Origin: Gammaproteobacteria bacterium
GTDB lineage: Bacteria; Pseudomonadota; Gammaproteobacteria; S012-40
NCBI GenBank assembly: GCA_027021445.1
Contig: JALUUH010000130.1
Coordinates: 16,872-80,871 of the forward strand
DNA: 64,000 nucleotides
Direction of reading: 5' to 3'
A program made the position numbers and the translations under genes. Shown here piece after piece: positions 50,078 to 61,068 of the stretch. Under the pieces are notes generated by a model, which had not been told where the DNA came from, ran no database searches, and was given only the letters and a program-made list of their open reading frames with translations. Positions within the stretch are counted from its first letter, which is position 1, and every line of letters starts with the position of its first letter.

Positions 50078-50281
50078 ATGGCTAGAATGATAACAAGCAC
50101 TTCGTCCGCTAGTACGGGGAAATATGAAGGAGTCAAAGATCCCATGCGCATGGATGATGCCTATAAAGAGCCAATATCTATCCAAATTGATGACGAATGG
50201 GACACAATGATGGAAGAATATTTTGACGAAATCGATGATTTTCAAGATATCGATTTTCCGAGACTCGACAACGATTATTAA
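50078..50281 (+). CDS. small highly acidic hypothetical protein (67 aa)
   Basis: ATG 50078 lies about 8 nt after AAGGTG. C-terminal half DDEWDTMMEEYFDEIDDFQDIDFPRLDNDY. Competes with an antisense 86-aa ORF that lacks an SD. No family recognised. Confidence 0.4.
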   Translation: MARMITSTSSASTGKYEGVKDPMRMDDAYKEPISIQIDDEWDTMMEEYFDEIDDFQDIDFPRLDNDY

Positions 50282-50322
50282 TCGATACCTCAAACACCGT
50301 ATTAAGCCATAGAAACTCGGTA

Positions 50323-51186
50323 TTATGACGTTTTTATTGCTATAAAAGTATTTGCAGCATTAGATAATGTTCTTTGGGCGTGGGTCACCACACCTAATTT
50401 TCTCGCAATTGCGATACCTTTTACATTAAACGCGCTTATTTCAGGGCCTAACATGGTATTTGGTAATACACTCCAACCTAATCCTACTCCCACCAACATT
50501 TTAATGGTTTCTAGATAATTAGTCGCAATGCCAGATTGTAGCTTAATCTTTTTTAACTCAAATTGGCTGTTCAAAATTCTCCTTGTATAGGTGTTTAAGC
50601 TCGTTAATATTGCGGGCTCGTTTGCTAAATCGGTGAGAGGGACTTGTTCAGCATGCGCCCATGGATGCCCTGGCTTGATCACAAAGCTTAATTTATCATG
50701 CCATAATGAAGACTGATGCAGGTTTTCAATGGGTTTATTGGGCAGAGTTACCATCGCAAATTCTAATTTTCCCGCAAGAACTTGCTCGCAGGCGGCTTCC
50801 GAATCTAAAAAAGAAATATTCACCTTCACGCCGGGATAATTCTCTGTGAAATTTTTTAATAGGGGAGGCAAATGATGTAAGCCAATATGATGACTTGTCC
50901 CGAAATTCAGGCTTCCAGAAATTTCTGTTGAAAATGTATCCACTGTTGTTTTTGCATCATCGATAGCATTTAGAATTTGCTTGGCTTTGGGCAGTAATGC
51001 TTCACCCACTGAGGTTAATTGACATGACCTGCCAATGCGATCGAACAGTTTTTGATTCAGCGAGGTTTCCAGATTCGATATTCGTTTACTGACAGCAGAC
51101 TGAGTAATAAACAATTCATGGGCTGCTTCGGAAAAGGACTCTGTCTCTGAGACAGCAACAAAAGCATGTAAATTAGCTATTTCCAT
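50323..51186 (-). CDS. LysR-family transcriptional regulator
   Basis: N-terminal HTH (FSEAAHELFITQSAVSKRISNLE) and LysR substrate domain. Divergent from leuC, as in Pseudomonas. Confidence 0.9.
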   Translation of the reverse strand: MEIANLHAFVAVSETESFSEAAHELFITQSAVSKRISNLETSLNQKLFDRIGRSCQLTSVGEALLPKAKQILNAIDDAKTTVDTFSTEISGSLNFGTSHHIGLHHLPPLLKNFTENYPGVKVNISFLDSEAACEQVLAGKLEFAMVTLPNKPIENLHQSSLWHDKLSFVIKPGHPWAHAEQVPLTDLANEPAILTSLNTYTRRILNSQFELKKIKLQSGIATNYLETIKMLVGVGLGWSVLPNTMLGPEISAFNVKGIAIARKLGVVTHAQRTLSNAANTFIAIKTS

Positions 51187-51202
51187 TAATACCTTCCTGT
51201 AA

Positions 51203-51229
51203 ATTCATTTATTCCCGCTAGGAATGAAT
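51203..51229. promoter_or_regulatory. inverted repeat, candidate LysR-type operator in the LysR/leuC divergent region
   Basis: ATTCATT-N13-AATGAAT with perfect 7-bp arms, followed by a TATAAA -10-like hexamer. Confidence 0.35.
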
Positions 51230-51343
51230 GGCATTATAAATATGAATTGCAGAAATAGAAAGATGCTCGGTAAAATAAAGCCCCTGGAGAACAAGGTCCG
51301 AATTAAAGCGCCTAAATACGGGATAAACCTGAGGAATTAGAAA

Positions 51344-52762
51344 ATGATCGCAAAAACACTCTATGATAAATTATGGGATGCTCATGTAGTACTTCAAGAA
51401 AACGATGGTACTGCCTTAATTTACATCGATAGACAGCTTATACATGAAGTGACATCTCCGCAGGCCTTTGAAGGACTCAGAACTCATAAAAGGCGACCAT
51501 GGCGGGTGGCCGCGAATTTAGCAACACCGGATCACAATGTTCCTACCACGGATAGAAGTATTGGAATAAAAGATGAAATTTCACGTATCCAAGTTGAAAC
51601 ATTGGATCAAAACTGTAATGACTTCAATATAACAGAGTTTCCGATGGATGATATTCGCCAAGGAATTGTGCATGTTGTTGGCCCGGAACAAGGCGCTACA
51701 TTGCCCGGTATGACGGTGGTGTGTGGAGACTCTCATACGGCCACACATGGAGCTTTTGGGGCCTTAGCATTTGGCATCGGCACCTCTGAGGTTGAGCATG
51801 TATTGGCAACTCAATGCTTAATCCAAGGTAAATCAAAAAACATGCAAGTTAAGGTCAATGGCAAGATTGAGGATGGCGTTAGTGCCAAAGATATCGTTTT
51901 AGCCATTATTGCTAAAATAGGTACGGCGGGCGGTACTGGATATACCATCGAGTTCGCAGGAACTGCGATTCAAGCGCTTTCCATGGAAGCTAGGATGACA
52001 GTGTGTAATATGGCCATTGAAGCCGGTGCAAGAGCGGGCATTATTGCGGTTGACCAAACGACCATTGACTATGTAAAAGGAAGACCCTTTGCACCCAAGG
52101 AAACAGATTGGCAGCAGGCCATTAGCCAATGGCAAGATTTACACAGTGATGCAAATGCGAAATTTGATAATGTAGTCGAGCTAGATGCCTCGCAAATTAA
52201 GCCTCAGGTCACTTGGGGAACATCGCCAGAAATGGTGGTTGATATCAATTCACGCGTACCTGATCCAGCACTAATTGATGATATGGTAAAACGTGAAAGC
52301 ATGGTTGCAGCGCTTAACTATATGGGGCTTGAAGCAAATATTGCCATCCAAGATATCAAACTCGACAAAATTTTTATTGGCTCGTGTACTAATTCAAGAA
52401 TTGAAGACTTACGCAGTGCCGCAGCAATAGCGAAGGGTAAAAAAGTCGCGCAAAATATTAAGCAAGCTTTAGTCGTCCCAGGTTCCGGTCTTGTTAAACA
52501 GCAAGCAGAAGAAGAGGGGCTTGATGTCATATTTAAAGCCGCAGGTTTTGAGTGGCGTGAACCCGGTTGCTCGATGTGTCTTGCCATGAATACTGATCGC
52601 CTAGAGGCAGGCGAGCGCTGCGCCTCAACATCAAATCGAAATTTTGAAGGGCGCCAGGGAAAGGGCGGAAGAACCCATCTCGTTAGTCCGGCTATGGCCG
52701 CAGCTGCTGCGATTAAGGGGCATTTTGTGGATGCACGTGCGTTGCACAGGAGTAATACCTAA
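51344..52762 (+). CDS. leuC: 3-isopropylmalate dehydratase large subunit
   Basis: 472 aa. Aconitase-family motifs [23 protein letters not shown]. Confidence 0.97.
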   Translation: MIAKTLYDKLWDAHVVLQENDGTALIYIDRQLIHEVTSPQAFEGLRTHKRRPWRVAANLATPDHNVPTTDRSIGIKDEISRIQVETLDQNCNDFNITEFPMDDIRQGIVHVVGPEQGATLPGMTVVCGDSHTATHGAFGALAFGIGTSEVEHVLATQCLIQGKSKNMQVKVNGKIEDGVSAKDIVLAIIAKIGTAGGTGYTIEFAGTAIQALSMEARMTVCNMAIEAGARAGIIAVDQTTIDYVKGRPFAPKETDWQQAISQWQDLHSDANAKFDNVVELDASQIKPQVTWGTSPEMVVDINSRVPDPALIDDMVKRESMVAALNYMGLEANIAIQDIKLDKIFIGSCTNSRIEDLRSAAAIAKGKKVAQNIKQALVVPGSGLVKQQAEEEGLDVIFKAAGFEWREPGCSMCLAMNTDRLEAGERCASTSNRNFEGRQGKGGRTHLVSPAMAAAAAIKGHFVDARALHRSNT

Positions 52763-53406
52763 TGGAAACTTTTACGACACTGGAAGGAATTGTTATGCCG
52801 TTGGATAAGGCCAATGTTGATACCGATGCGATTATCCCCAAACAGTTTTTAAAATCAATAAAACGTTCTGGTTTTGGCCTCAATTTGTTTGATGAATGGC
52901 GTTATTTAGATCCTGGTGAGCCGGGGAAGGATGCTCGTAAACGTCAGCCAAATCCTGATTTTATTTTAAATCAAACACGTTACCGGAATTCCAGTATCTT
53001 ATTAACACGGGATAATTTTGGCTGCGGCTCCAGTAGAGAGCATGCCCCTTGGGCGCTTGAAGATTATGGTTTTCGGGTTATTATAGCGCCTAGTTTTGCG
53101 GACATTTTCTATAACAACTGTTTTAAAAATGGCATTCTTCCTATCGTTTTGGACTCTGCTATCGTTGCTGGATTATTTAATAATACGTTTGCTCAACCGG
53201 GTTATAGTCTGGTGGTTAATTTACCCGCGCAAACTATCGTTACTCGTGAAAATAAAGTTATTGAATTTGCACTAGATCCATTTAGAAAAGACTGTTTAAT
53301 AAAGGGGCTCGATGATATAGCTTTAACTTTCCGGCATATCAATGTGATTAAAAAATATGAGCTGCGCAGGAAGCAAGAAACACCCTGGTTATTTAGCGAT
53401 CTGTAA
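52762..53406 (+). CDS. leuD: 3-isopropylmalate dehydratase small subunit
   Basis: 214 aa, [13 protein letters not shown] motif. TAATG overlap with leuC. Confidence 0.96.
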   Translation: METFTTLEGIVMPLDKANVDTDAIIPKQFLKSIKRSGFGLNLFDEWRYLDPGEPGKDARKRQPNPDFILNQTRYRNSSILLTRDNFGCGSSREHAPWALEDYGFRVIIAPSFADIFYNNCFKNGILPIVLDSAIVAGLFNNTFAQPGYSLVVNLPAQTIVTRENKVIEFALDPFRKDCLIKGLDDIALTFRHINVIKKYELRRKQETPWLFSDL

Positions 53407-53470
53407 TATGCTCAATATAGTGATAAATATTCGAGTTACCCATTAAAGTTTAAGAGTGAGTACAAGCAAC

Positions 53471-54640
53471 ATGACAAAAAAAATACTGGTATTGCCCGGT
53501 GACGGCATAGGGCCTGAAATAGTTCAAGAGGCTAGCAAGGTACTTAAATGTCTCAAACAAGAATTTGCATTAGATATTGAGCTTGAGCATGCACCTATCG
53601 GGGGGGCTGCAATCGATGCGCTAGGAAGTCCATTGCCACAGAAAACACTAGCACTCGCCAAAGAATGCGATGCGATACTACTCGGTGCGGTAGGTGGGTA
53701 CCAATGGGAATCTTTAGAAATCTCAATGAGACCGGAAAAAGGTTTGCTGGGTTTGCGTTCAGAATTAACACTCTTTGCAAATTTACGCCCTGCGATATTA
53801 TACCCACAACTTGCAGCAGCGTCGTCTTTAAAACCCGAGATCGTATCTGGACTTGATATCATGATTGTCAGAGAGCTGACAGGAGGGATATATTTCGGTC
53901 AGCCTAGAGGCATAAGGAGGCTGGAAAATGGCGAAAAAGAAGGTTTCAATACACTTGTTTATAATGAGTCCGAAATTAAACGCATTGGACGCTCTGCTTT
54001 TGCAGCCGCACAAAAAAGAAATAAGCAATTATGCTCGGTAGATAAAGCAAATGTACTGGAATGTACTGAATTATGGCGCGAGACAATGACCGAACTCGCT
54101 CTAGACTACCCGGATGTCGAATTAACCCATATGTATGTCGACAATGCGGCCATGCAGCTTGTTCGAGCCCCTAAGCAGTTTGATGTTATTGTCACTACCA
54201 ATATGTTTGGAGATATCTTATCAGACTGTGCAGCAATGCTAACGGGTTCTATTGGTATGTTACCTTCGGCTTCTCTAGATGCGAACAACAAAGGCATGTA
54301 TGAGCCGATTCATGGCTCTGCTCCTGATATCGCAGGACAAGGTATAGCAAATCCTCTGGCGACCATATTGTCAGTTGCGATGATGTTGCGCTACAGTCTC
54401 GATGCACCGGAGTTGGCCGCTAGAATTGAACGTGCGGTAGCCACGGTTTTAGATGAAAAACTACGTACCCCTGACATTCACACGGAAGAGTGTCGAAAAG
54501 TAGGCACTGAAGAAATGGGCGATGCTGTCGTAGCGTCAATAATGCGTGAGTACTGGCATGAAGCTGGAATGAATCAAAATTTAGAAAATACTGCGCATGA
54601 ATGTATAGGCAGTGGTGGCCTCAGCAATAACGCAGACTAG
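53471..54640 (+). CDS. leuB: 3-isopropylmalate dehydrogenase with about 30-aa non-conserved C-terminal extension
   Basis: [21 protein letters not shown]-type motif [23 protein letters not shown]. Alternative GTG start 53456. The stop TAG lies inside a REP-like element. Confidence 0.95.
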   Translation: MTKKILVLPGDGIGPEIVQEASKVLKCLKQEFALDIELEHAPIGGAAIDALGSPLPQKTLALAKECDAILLGAVGGYQWESLEISMRPEKGLLGLRSELTLFANLRPAILYPQLAAASSLKPEIVSGLDIMIVRELTGGIYFGQPRGIRRLENGEKEGFNTLVYNESEIKRIGRSAFAAAQKRNKQLCSVDKANVLECTELWRETMTELALDYPDVELTHMYVDNAAMQLVRAPKQFDVIVTTNMFGDILSDCAAMLTGSIGMLPSASLDANNKGMYEPIHGSAPDIAGQGIANPLATILSVAMMLRYSLDAPELAARIERAVATVLDEKLRTPDIHTEECRKVGTEEMGDAVVASIMREYWHEAGMNQNLENTAHECIGSGGLSNNAD

Positions 54641-54665
54641 GAGTCTGTTCTTAGACAGCCTCCTC
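54637..54665. repeat. REP-like palindrome copy (CTAGGAGTCTG-TTCTTAGA-CAGCCTCCTC)
   Basis: 8-bp stem with one mismatch. Its CTAG contains the leuB stop codon (54638-54640). Confidence 0.8.
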
Positions 54666-54709
54666 TGTCGTCAATTAATATGGCCGATTAATGAAATAGG
54701 GATGAACCA

Positions 54710-55744
54710 ATGGACAATAACACAAAAAAATATGATGTAGCTGTTGTGGGAGCCACAGGTGCGGTCGGCGAAGTAATGATATCTATTTTAGAACAACGAA
54801 AATTTCCCGTGGGTAAGCTTTATCCGCTAGCAAGTAGTCGCTCGGCAGGCCGTAAAATTCAGTTTAATGGGAAAAATATTAGCGTCACTGATTTAGCCGA
54901 GTTTGATTTTTCTAAAGTACAAATTGGTTTGTTTTCAGCAGGTGGTCAGATTTCAGAAATTTATGCGCCCAAAGCAGCGAAAGCAGGATGTGTTGTTATC
55001 GATAATACATCACACTTCAGATATGATAAAAATATCCCCCTGGTGATTCCAGAAGTTAATCCCGAAGCAATTGCGGACTATACAGAGCGTGGGATTATTG
55101 CTAACCCAAATTGCTCTACCATTCAGATGTTGGTGGCATTGAAGCCTATTTATGATGCGGTCGGTATTGAGCGGATCAATGTTTCCACTTATCAAGCGGT
55201 TTCAGGTACCGGAAAAGAAGCACTAGAAGAGCTGGCAAAACAAACATCCGCACTGTTGAGTTTTAAAGATGTTAAGTCAGAAGTTTACCCAAAACAGATT
55301 GCATTTAACGTATTGCCGCAGATTGATGTATTCATGGATAACGGCTATACCAAAGAAGAAATGAAAATGGTTTGGGAGACCCAAAAAATATTTGTCGATG
55401 ATAATATCGAGGTAAATCCTACCGCTGTACGCGTGCCTGTTTTTTTTGGACACTCAGAATCACTACACATTGAAACAAAAGAAAAAATCACAACATTAAT
55501 GGCAAAAGATTTGCTTGAAAACGCACCAGGCGTAAAAGTCATGGATATTCGCGAAGATGGCGGTTATCCGACAGCAATATCTGAAGCAGCGGGGCAAGAC
55601 CCCGTGTGGGTTGGACGGATTCGTGAGGATATCTCTCATCCAAAAGGCCTCAATTTATGGGTAGTTGCTGACAATGTTCGTAAAGGTGCGGCACTGAATA
55701 GCGTTCAAATTGCCGAGGTATTAGTGGAAAAGTACTTAAAATAA
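54710..55744 (+). CDS. asd: aspartate-semialdehyde dehydrogenase
   Basis: VAVVGATGAVG, active-site NPNCSTI, 344 aa. leuB-asd-fimV synteny. Confidence 0.95.
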   Translation: MDNNTKKYDVAVVGATGAVGEVMISILEQRKFPVGKLYPLASSRSAGRKIQFNGKNISVTDLAEFDFSKVQIGLFSAGGQISEIYAPKAAKAGCVVIDNTSHFRYDKNIPLVIPEVNPEAIADYTERGIIANPNCSTIQMLVALKPIYDAVGIERINVSTYQAVSGTGKEALEELAKQTSALLSFKDVKSEVYPKQIAFNVLPQIDVFMDNGYTKEEMKMVWETQKIFVDDNIEVNPTAVRVPVFFGHSESLHIETKEKITTLMAKDLLENAPGVKVMDIREDGGYPTAISEAAGQDPVWVGRIREDISHPKGLNLWVVADNVRKGAALNSVQIAEVLVEKYLK

Positions 55745-55764
55745 AAAATCAAAGATAACTTATT

Positions 55765-58386
55765 TTGAGCGCAATGACTTTATACAATGAAGAACTAGCA
55801 GCTATTAGAAGGCTTGTTTGCAATATGGACGATTCTGGGTGGCAATTTTCTCCCGTATTACTTTACCGTTTGGGTCTAAGTAGTTGTATTACCATCCTTA
55901 GTTCATTGCTAAAAAAAGTTGTTTTTTTCGTTGCTGTGCTATTATTTTCTTTGTCCTATTCGTTTTCAGCCTCTGCTCTAGAGCTTGGAAATATGCATGT
56001 TAGTAGTTTACTCCAGCAAAAATTAGCGGCGACCATAGCCATTGAGGATGCTGACGATTCAGAACTAGCGCAACTCGAAGTAACTTTAGCAGCGGAAAGC
56101 ATTTTTAAAAGATTAGGTGTTGAACGCACAGAGCAACTTAAAAATCTCGTTTTTTCTGTTAAAAAAAATGATAAAGAACAAAGCTATATTGAAGTAACAT
56201 CAACCCATCCCATAGAATCAGAATTTTTGAATTTTCTTATCGAAGTGAACTGGCCTGGTGGACATTTACTCAGAGAGTTCACCGCATTGTTGGATCAACC
56301 GATTTTTCTTGATGAAGAACCTGAACAAGTTTCAGCGCCTGAGGCCCGCCATGTATTAGAAACCCAAGAACCTGCAATAAATCGGGATAAAAAGACAAGC
56401 GTTATACCGATGCCTGGGATCGAAAATCAAAACTCCCGAAATAAAGATTTCCAGGTATTGTACGCACCTGTTAAGAAAAATGAATCGCTGTGGAAAATCG
56501 CCGATAAAACAATGCCTGAAGGCGTGACGATAGAGCAAATGATTTATGCATTATATCTGGAAAACCCAGAAGCTTTTTATCGTCAGAATATGAACAACCT
56601 AAAAGAAGGTTCCGTTCTTAGGTTAAATAGCCGGGCGAGTATTACCGCAATTTCTCCAGACGATGCGCAGGCCGTTATGGCAAGACATCATAAAATATGG
56701 ATGAAGGAAAAACAAGAACGGCAAAGTAAAAGAGCCGCGTCGACAGGAGCCGCCATCGGTCTCAAAAATGGGAATAGTGATCCTTCATTGGCTCGTGCAC
56801 GGTTTGATCTCAATAATGAAGCACGTTTAGCATTGGTAACACCGGAGGGAGAGCCGTTTTCCGAATCCAGTACTGACAATGTCGCAAACCGTAACGACCT
56901 CAGGTCTACATTAAGTAATATGCGTCAAGAGCAGGCATTAGCTAATGAGACATTAGAAGCTGCTAAAAAAGAAAATGAAGTGTTACAAAATCGCTTGCAA
57001 TCCGTTGTAGGGCAAGTAAATTCTCTACGCAATCTCATTCAGTTAAAAGACGAGCAACTCAGACTGCTGCAAGATAACAGTGATGGTAAAATAACAGACG
57101 AAATGCTCGAGCTTGCGCTGGCATCAAGCAAAGAAAAATTATCGCGACTCAATCCTCCCGAAAAAGAAAAACCCCTGGATTCTCTCTGGAACGATCCTTT
57201 AGTTTTCGGTACAGGCTTCGGAATTATTGTATTACTCATCTCTCTTGTAATGCTCTTAACCAGGAATAGAAAAAAACGGCAAACATCTATAAACCAACCT
57301 GAAGCAATCAACGAAATAGAAGACGACACGCAGATAGTCGAGCGTGTATTCACCGATAGCGATCGATCGCATATTTCAGATGTCATTGTTACGCCAGCCA
57401 CAGCGGTTAACACCGAGACATCAGAAGAGAATACTCAAAACCTATTGAAAGACGATGAGATAAGCGCTGAGCCTAAATCATCAGAAGTCTTTGCTGGATC
57501 AATTGATCCAGCATCAGAAGCCGATGTTTATATTGCTTATGGTAAATATGACAAAGCAGAAGCAGTGGTAATGGAGGCAATTTTAAGTAATCCCGACCAA
57601 CAGCAGTTGAAGCTTAAACTCTTAGAAGTTTATGCCGCCAGTGCTAATAAAGAGTCATTTATCGCCTCAGCGGAAGAACTCTATGCGGCATTAGCAGGTG
57701 ATACAGCGCATGAATTATGGAAAAAAGCCCAGTTTTTGGCGCAAAATATATGTTCTGATCACCCCTTATTTAGTGACGCTGAAAATCATTTCGATGTCGC
57801 AGAACACATAGCAGTTGCTAACAATGAAGTTATTGAGAATAAAACAACGGAGAATGAAATAACGACGAGTATCGATGATATTTCTACCCCTGAATTTGAT
57901 ATACCTGAAAACAAGGTTCCCCCAATAGATAAGCCTAGTAATATCATCCCAGCCGTGACCAACACAATTGTTGAGGAGCAAGCAGATACCCCCCTTTCTA
58001 CTTCAGAGATTTCTCCTGCTTCTACTACCATTAATGCTTCACCCACCATGCCTGATAAAACAATGACGGAAGAAGAGCGGGCAATAAAAGAAGATATGTT
58101 AAGTTTAGCGGAATCTTTTTCCGAAGCGGAGCAAAAGAATAACTCAAGCCAACATGACGGTATCGCAGACGTTTTTTCAGATCTAGGGTATCAGCATTCT
58201 CAAGATTCTGACGACGCTTCTATGTTCCTGCTTGCAGATGAAATAGGGACTAAGTTGGATCTGGCGCGTGCTTACATCGAAATGGGCGACAAAGCAGGTG
58301 CAAAAGAGTTGCTAAGTGAAGTTGAAATTGAAGGAGATACGCTGCAAAAAACCGAAGCTAAGAAACTAATGGCACTAACGAATTAA
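55765..58386 (+). CDS. fimV: FimV-like peptidoglycan-binding pilus assembly protein (start uncertain)
   Basis: Signal/TM region then LELGNMHVSSLLQQKLAATIAIED, LysM-like segment (VKKNESLWKIADK...LKEGSVLRL), central TM, acidic repeats, C-terminal FimV motif LDLARAYIEMGDKAGAKELL. Likely starts are ATG 55825 or TTG 55906. Confidence 0.85.
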   Translation: MSAMTLYNEELAAIRRLVCNMDDSGWQFSPVLLYRLGLSSCITILSSLLKKVVFFVAVLLFSLSYSFSASALELGNMHVSSLLQQKLAATIAIEDADDSELAQLEVTLAAESIFKRLGVERTEQLKNLVFSVKKNDKEQSYIEVTSTHPIESEFLNFLIEVNWPGGHLLREFTALLDQPIFLDEEPEQVSAPEARHVLETQEPAINRDKKTSVIPMPGIENQNSRNKDFQVLYAPVKKNESLWKIADKTMPEGVTIEQMIYALYLENPEAFYRQNMNNLKEGSVLRLNSRASITAISPDDAQAVMARHHKIWMKEKQERQSKRAASTGAAIGLKNGNSDPSLARARFDLNNEARLALVTPEGEPFSESSTDNVANRNDLRSTLSNMRQEQALANETLEAAKKENEVLQNRLQSVVGQVNSLRNLIQLKDEQLRLLQDNSDGKITDEMLELALASSKEKLSRLNPPEKEKPLDSLWNDPLVFGTGFGIIVLLISLVMLLTRNRKKRQTSINQPEAINEIEDDTQIVERVFTDSDRSHISDVIVTPATAVNTETSEENTQNLLKDDEISAEPKSSEVFAGSIDPASEADVYIAYGKYDKAEAVVMEAILSNPDQQQLKLKLLEVYAASANKESFIASAEELYAALAGDTAHELWKKAQFLAQNICSDHPLFSDAENHFDVAEHIAVANNEVIENKTTENEITTSIDDISTPEFDIPENKVPPIDKPSNIIPAVTNTIVEEQADTPLSTSEISPASTTINASPTMPDKTMTEEERAIKEDMLSLAESFSEAEQKNNSSQHDGIADVFSDLGYQHSQDSDDASMFLLADEIGTKLDLARAYIEMGDKAGAKELLSEVEIEGDTLQKTEAKKLMALTN

Positions 58387-58397
58387 ATGCAAGGTGT

Positions 58398-59057
58398 TTA
58401 TCGCGCAAAAATTAAAGCCGCATATTTTGAATGTGTCTTAATGTAATTAAGAAATTTTAAATTAAAATCATTTCTCACCGAGTTTATGACCGAAGGCCTT
58501 GCAATAAGTGCTTTAGACCATGCCTGCAAGTTTGGCAACCCTTCTAACAAGCCCAGCCGCCTCCTTGTTTCCATTAGACGTAATCGTAAAAAAAACGGTG
58601 CAATGGCCGCATCCACCAGCGAAAACTTTTCGCCATTAAAAAAGGGGGAGTTCAAAATATATTTTTCGAAATTTTTCAGGCCTTGTGAAAGCTCCTGAAG
58701 AATATAAGTAAAATCTTCTTTGCTATCCGCCGTTGATAATGATGTTTGCAAGTCTATTAAACGCGAAGAAAAGCGTATCCATGAACGATTATTCGCTTTT
58801 TCCATTGAATTATTCGGGTGGATAGAAGGCGGGGCAATTTCGTCGATATATTCATTGATAACCGCAGATTCAAATAACACGCTCCCGTTATGTTTTAAAA
58901 TAGGCACCATGGCTAACGGCGATGTTTCTAAAAACCAAGTCGGAGGTCTTTCTAGATCAATATAAGTGACATCAAACTCGATGTTTTTCTCTAAAAGAGT
59001 GATAACAGAACATTGTACGAAAGGACATAAGTCATTACTAATAAGTTCGGGTTTCAT
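58398..59057 (-). CDS. glutathione S-transferase family protein
   Basis: From the internal ATG: MKPELISNDLCPFVQ...SPLAMVP...ESAVINEYI (thioredoxin-like N-domain). The upstream 56 codons of the track ORF look non-coding. Confidence 0.8.
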   Translation of the reverse strand: MKPELISNDLCPFVQCSVITLLEKNIEFDVTYIDLERPPTWFLETSPLAMVPILKHNGSVLFESAVINEYIDEIAPPSIHPNNSMEKANNRSWIRFSSRLIDLQTSLSTADSKEDFTYILQELSQGLKNFEKYILNSPFFNGEKFSLVDAAIAPFFLRLRLMETRRRLGLLEGLPNLQAWSKALIARPSVINSVRNDFNLKFLNYIKTHSKYAALIFAR

Positions 59058-59400
59058 TCCGCGCAAATCCACTGCTATTAAGCAAGTAAGGAGTAAAGTT
59101 GATTTCTTAAGTTGCAGTAATATAACAGCAAACAATAGGCATATAAAGTAGCGGGAAATAATAAATTGATAACTCTTCCAAGATTCAACATCGATGATCA
59201 CATTGAATATGAATAATAAACCCATTTTATCAAATTGCTGTATTGGATGGGAATGATGCGATTACTCGGATTCCGTCCGAAGCGGTAGAAATTTGCGACG
59301 CTTATGGGGAATATTGTTATACAAGCTATCCCTAATATACTCAAAGCGGTATGATTAGTTCTCAGTTGAGTTTTTATCTCAAGAATTAGGATCATTACCC

Positions 59401-60237
59401 ATGGTTGTTATCGGAAATATGAACACCCTCCAGATCATCAAAAAAGTTGATTTTGGTGTATACCTAGATGCTGAGAGTTTAGGCGAGATATTACTGCCAA
59501 ATAACGCATTACCTGAAGGTTATGATATTGACGATTATATCGATGTGTTCATATATTGTGATAGTGATGATGAGCTTATCGCGACGACGACTAAGCCACT
59601 AGCTAAAGTAGGCGAACTCGCCAAACTAAAAGTGGTTGCAGTCAATGAGGTCGGGGCATTCATGGAATGGGGTTTACCCAAGCAATTATTGGTGCCTTTT
59701 AAGGAACAGCTTAGCCCTATGCAGGAAGGTAAATCCTATTGGGTATATCTGTACAGAGAAAATTATACCGTGCGCATTGCCGCAACATCGAAATACGAAA
59801 AATTCATGGATTTACAAGAGCCAAAATATACCATGGGGCAAATGGTCGATTTATTACCCTATAAAGAAACAGACTTGGGCTTTAAAGCGGTCATTAATAA
59901 TCGACACACAGGCTTGATATTCAAGGCAGATATTTTTAAACCCATAAAAATGGGTGAACGCCTAAAAGGCTATATAAAAACGATACGAAAAGACAAAAAA
60001 ATTAACCTTACCCTGCAAAAACCGGGATATGATGTTAGCGATGAACTAAAAAATAAGATCATCGATTTATTGAGACAAAACAACGGTTTTATCGCATTAA
60101 CTGATCGAACTTCTCCTGAGAAAATTTACAAAATATTCGGAGTTAGTAAAAAAAAATATAAAAATGCGTTAGGCAGTCTTTATAAAAGTAAAAAAATAAT
60201 GATCAAGGAGAATGGCGTATATACCCGTAACGATTGA
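59401..60237 (+). CDS. S1-like RNA-binding protein (CvfB/YitL family)
   Basis: NTLQIIKKVDFGVYLDAESLGEILLP, repeated S1-like modules, C-terminal winged-helix-like region. Confidence 0.78.
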   Translation: MVVIGNMNTLQIIKKVDFGVYLDAESLGEILLPNNALPEGYDIDDYIDVFIYCDSDDELIATTTKPLAKVGELAKLKVVAVNEVGAFMEWGLPKQLLVPFKEQLSPMQEGKSYWVYLYRENYTVRIAATSKYEKFMDLQEPKYTMGQMVDLLPYKETDLGFKAVINNRHTGLIFKADIFKPIKMGERLKGYIKTIRKDKKINLTLQKPGYDVSDELKNKIIDLLRQNNGFIALTDRTSPEKIYKIFGVSKKKYKNALGSLYKSKKIMIKENGVYTRND

Positions 60238-60268
60238 GCCGTGAGACGTTCTCTGCATGTCGTGGCTC
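60236..60268. terminator. hairpin between convergent genes (terminator-like, no U-tract)
   Basis: GAGCCGTGA (60236-60244) pairs with TCGTGGCTC (60260-60268) including two G-U pairs. The 15-nt loop contains GTTCTC. The stem starts inside the stop codon of the S1-like gene. Confidence 0.4.
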
Positions 60269-60271
60269 GGA

Positions 60272-61000
60272 CTATATTTTTGAGGCTATTGCACCGACCC
60301 ATTCTCGTCCATCCAATCTAAACTTTTCAGGCACATCCATTCCACCTAAAAAATAAGAATTTTCTATGCTAAAACCTGCGTTAACAAGTTCTCTTGTCAA
60401 TATCATTGGATCTAATAAGTTTAATGTATTGGGTAAATTGTGCAGCAATTCCTTATCAGTGCAATATTTTGAAATATTCTGTACCAAACCCGGCCAAGCT
60501 TCCTTCGTTCTACGTCGTTTTTCGTAAACAGGTACGAATGAAGCCGTTATCGACATATAAGGTGTGTAATTAATGATAAAAACTTTGGCGCCGTGATTCA
60601 TGCAGACATTAAGTTTTTTAAAACCTTCCCTGATTTCATCACCGGATAAAAAGCCAAGCACCTGGGAGATTAATACCGCACCAACACTTTTTTTCTCAAG
60701 GTTAATATCCATAGGATAGTGACCAACCATCGTATGTAAATTTTTTTTATATGGATCTGGAGTAGAATTATAGAGTATGTCTAGATGTTGTTTCTCTAAA
60801 TCGAAAGCAATGGTTTTTATACCATTTTCCAGCAGAGGTATTGTTGCCACACCCGTCGCAGCACCAATATCTAATGCGCTACCTGGTGCGTTTTTCGCAA
60901 ATTCAATGAATGCGAGTGATATTTCGGATAAAGGATGCACAAATCCACGGTTGTTAACCGTGTCATCTAAATCATTAAAAGATTTTATGGATATACCCAT
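60272..61000 (-). CDS. class I SAM-dependent methyltransferase
   Basis: Motif I LDIGAATGVATI. ATG 61000 lies 6 nt after AGGAG; the track start 61054 adds 18 unsupported codons. Confidence 0.8.
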   Translation of the reverse strand: MGISIKSFNDLDDTVNNRGFVHPLSEISLAFIEFAKNAPGSALDIGAATGVATIPLLENGIKTIAFDLEKQHLDILYNSTPDPYKKNLHTMVGHYPMDINLEKKSVGAVLISQVLGFLSGDEIREGFKKLNVCMNHGAKVFIINYTPYMSITASFVPVYEKRRRTKEAWPGLVQNISKYCTDKELLHNLPNTLNLLDPMILTRELVNAGFSIENSYFLGGMDVPEKFRLDGREWVGAIASKI

Positions 61001-61068
61001 TTTCAACTCCTTTGAAAAGACGCGAAAACCTGTATTGCATATTTTAGTCCGCATCAGGTTAAAGAGAG

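Noticed and set aside
50033-50293. 86-aa minus-strand ORF overlapping the small acidic ORF
   Set aside because: No SD, an Ile/Phe-rich low-complexity translation, and an end abutting the LysR gene terminus. The plus-strand ORF has better initiation signals, though it is itself low confidence.
59058-59225. 56-codon N-terminal extension of the GST ORF (track 58398..59225), and likewise the 18-codon extension of the methyltransferase (61001..61054)
   Set aside because: The extensions are hydrophobic or non-conserved. Internal ATGs (59057, 61000) give canonical family N-termini, and the methyltransferase ATG has an AGGAG SD.
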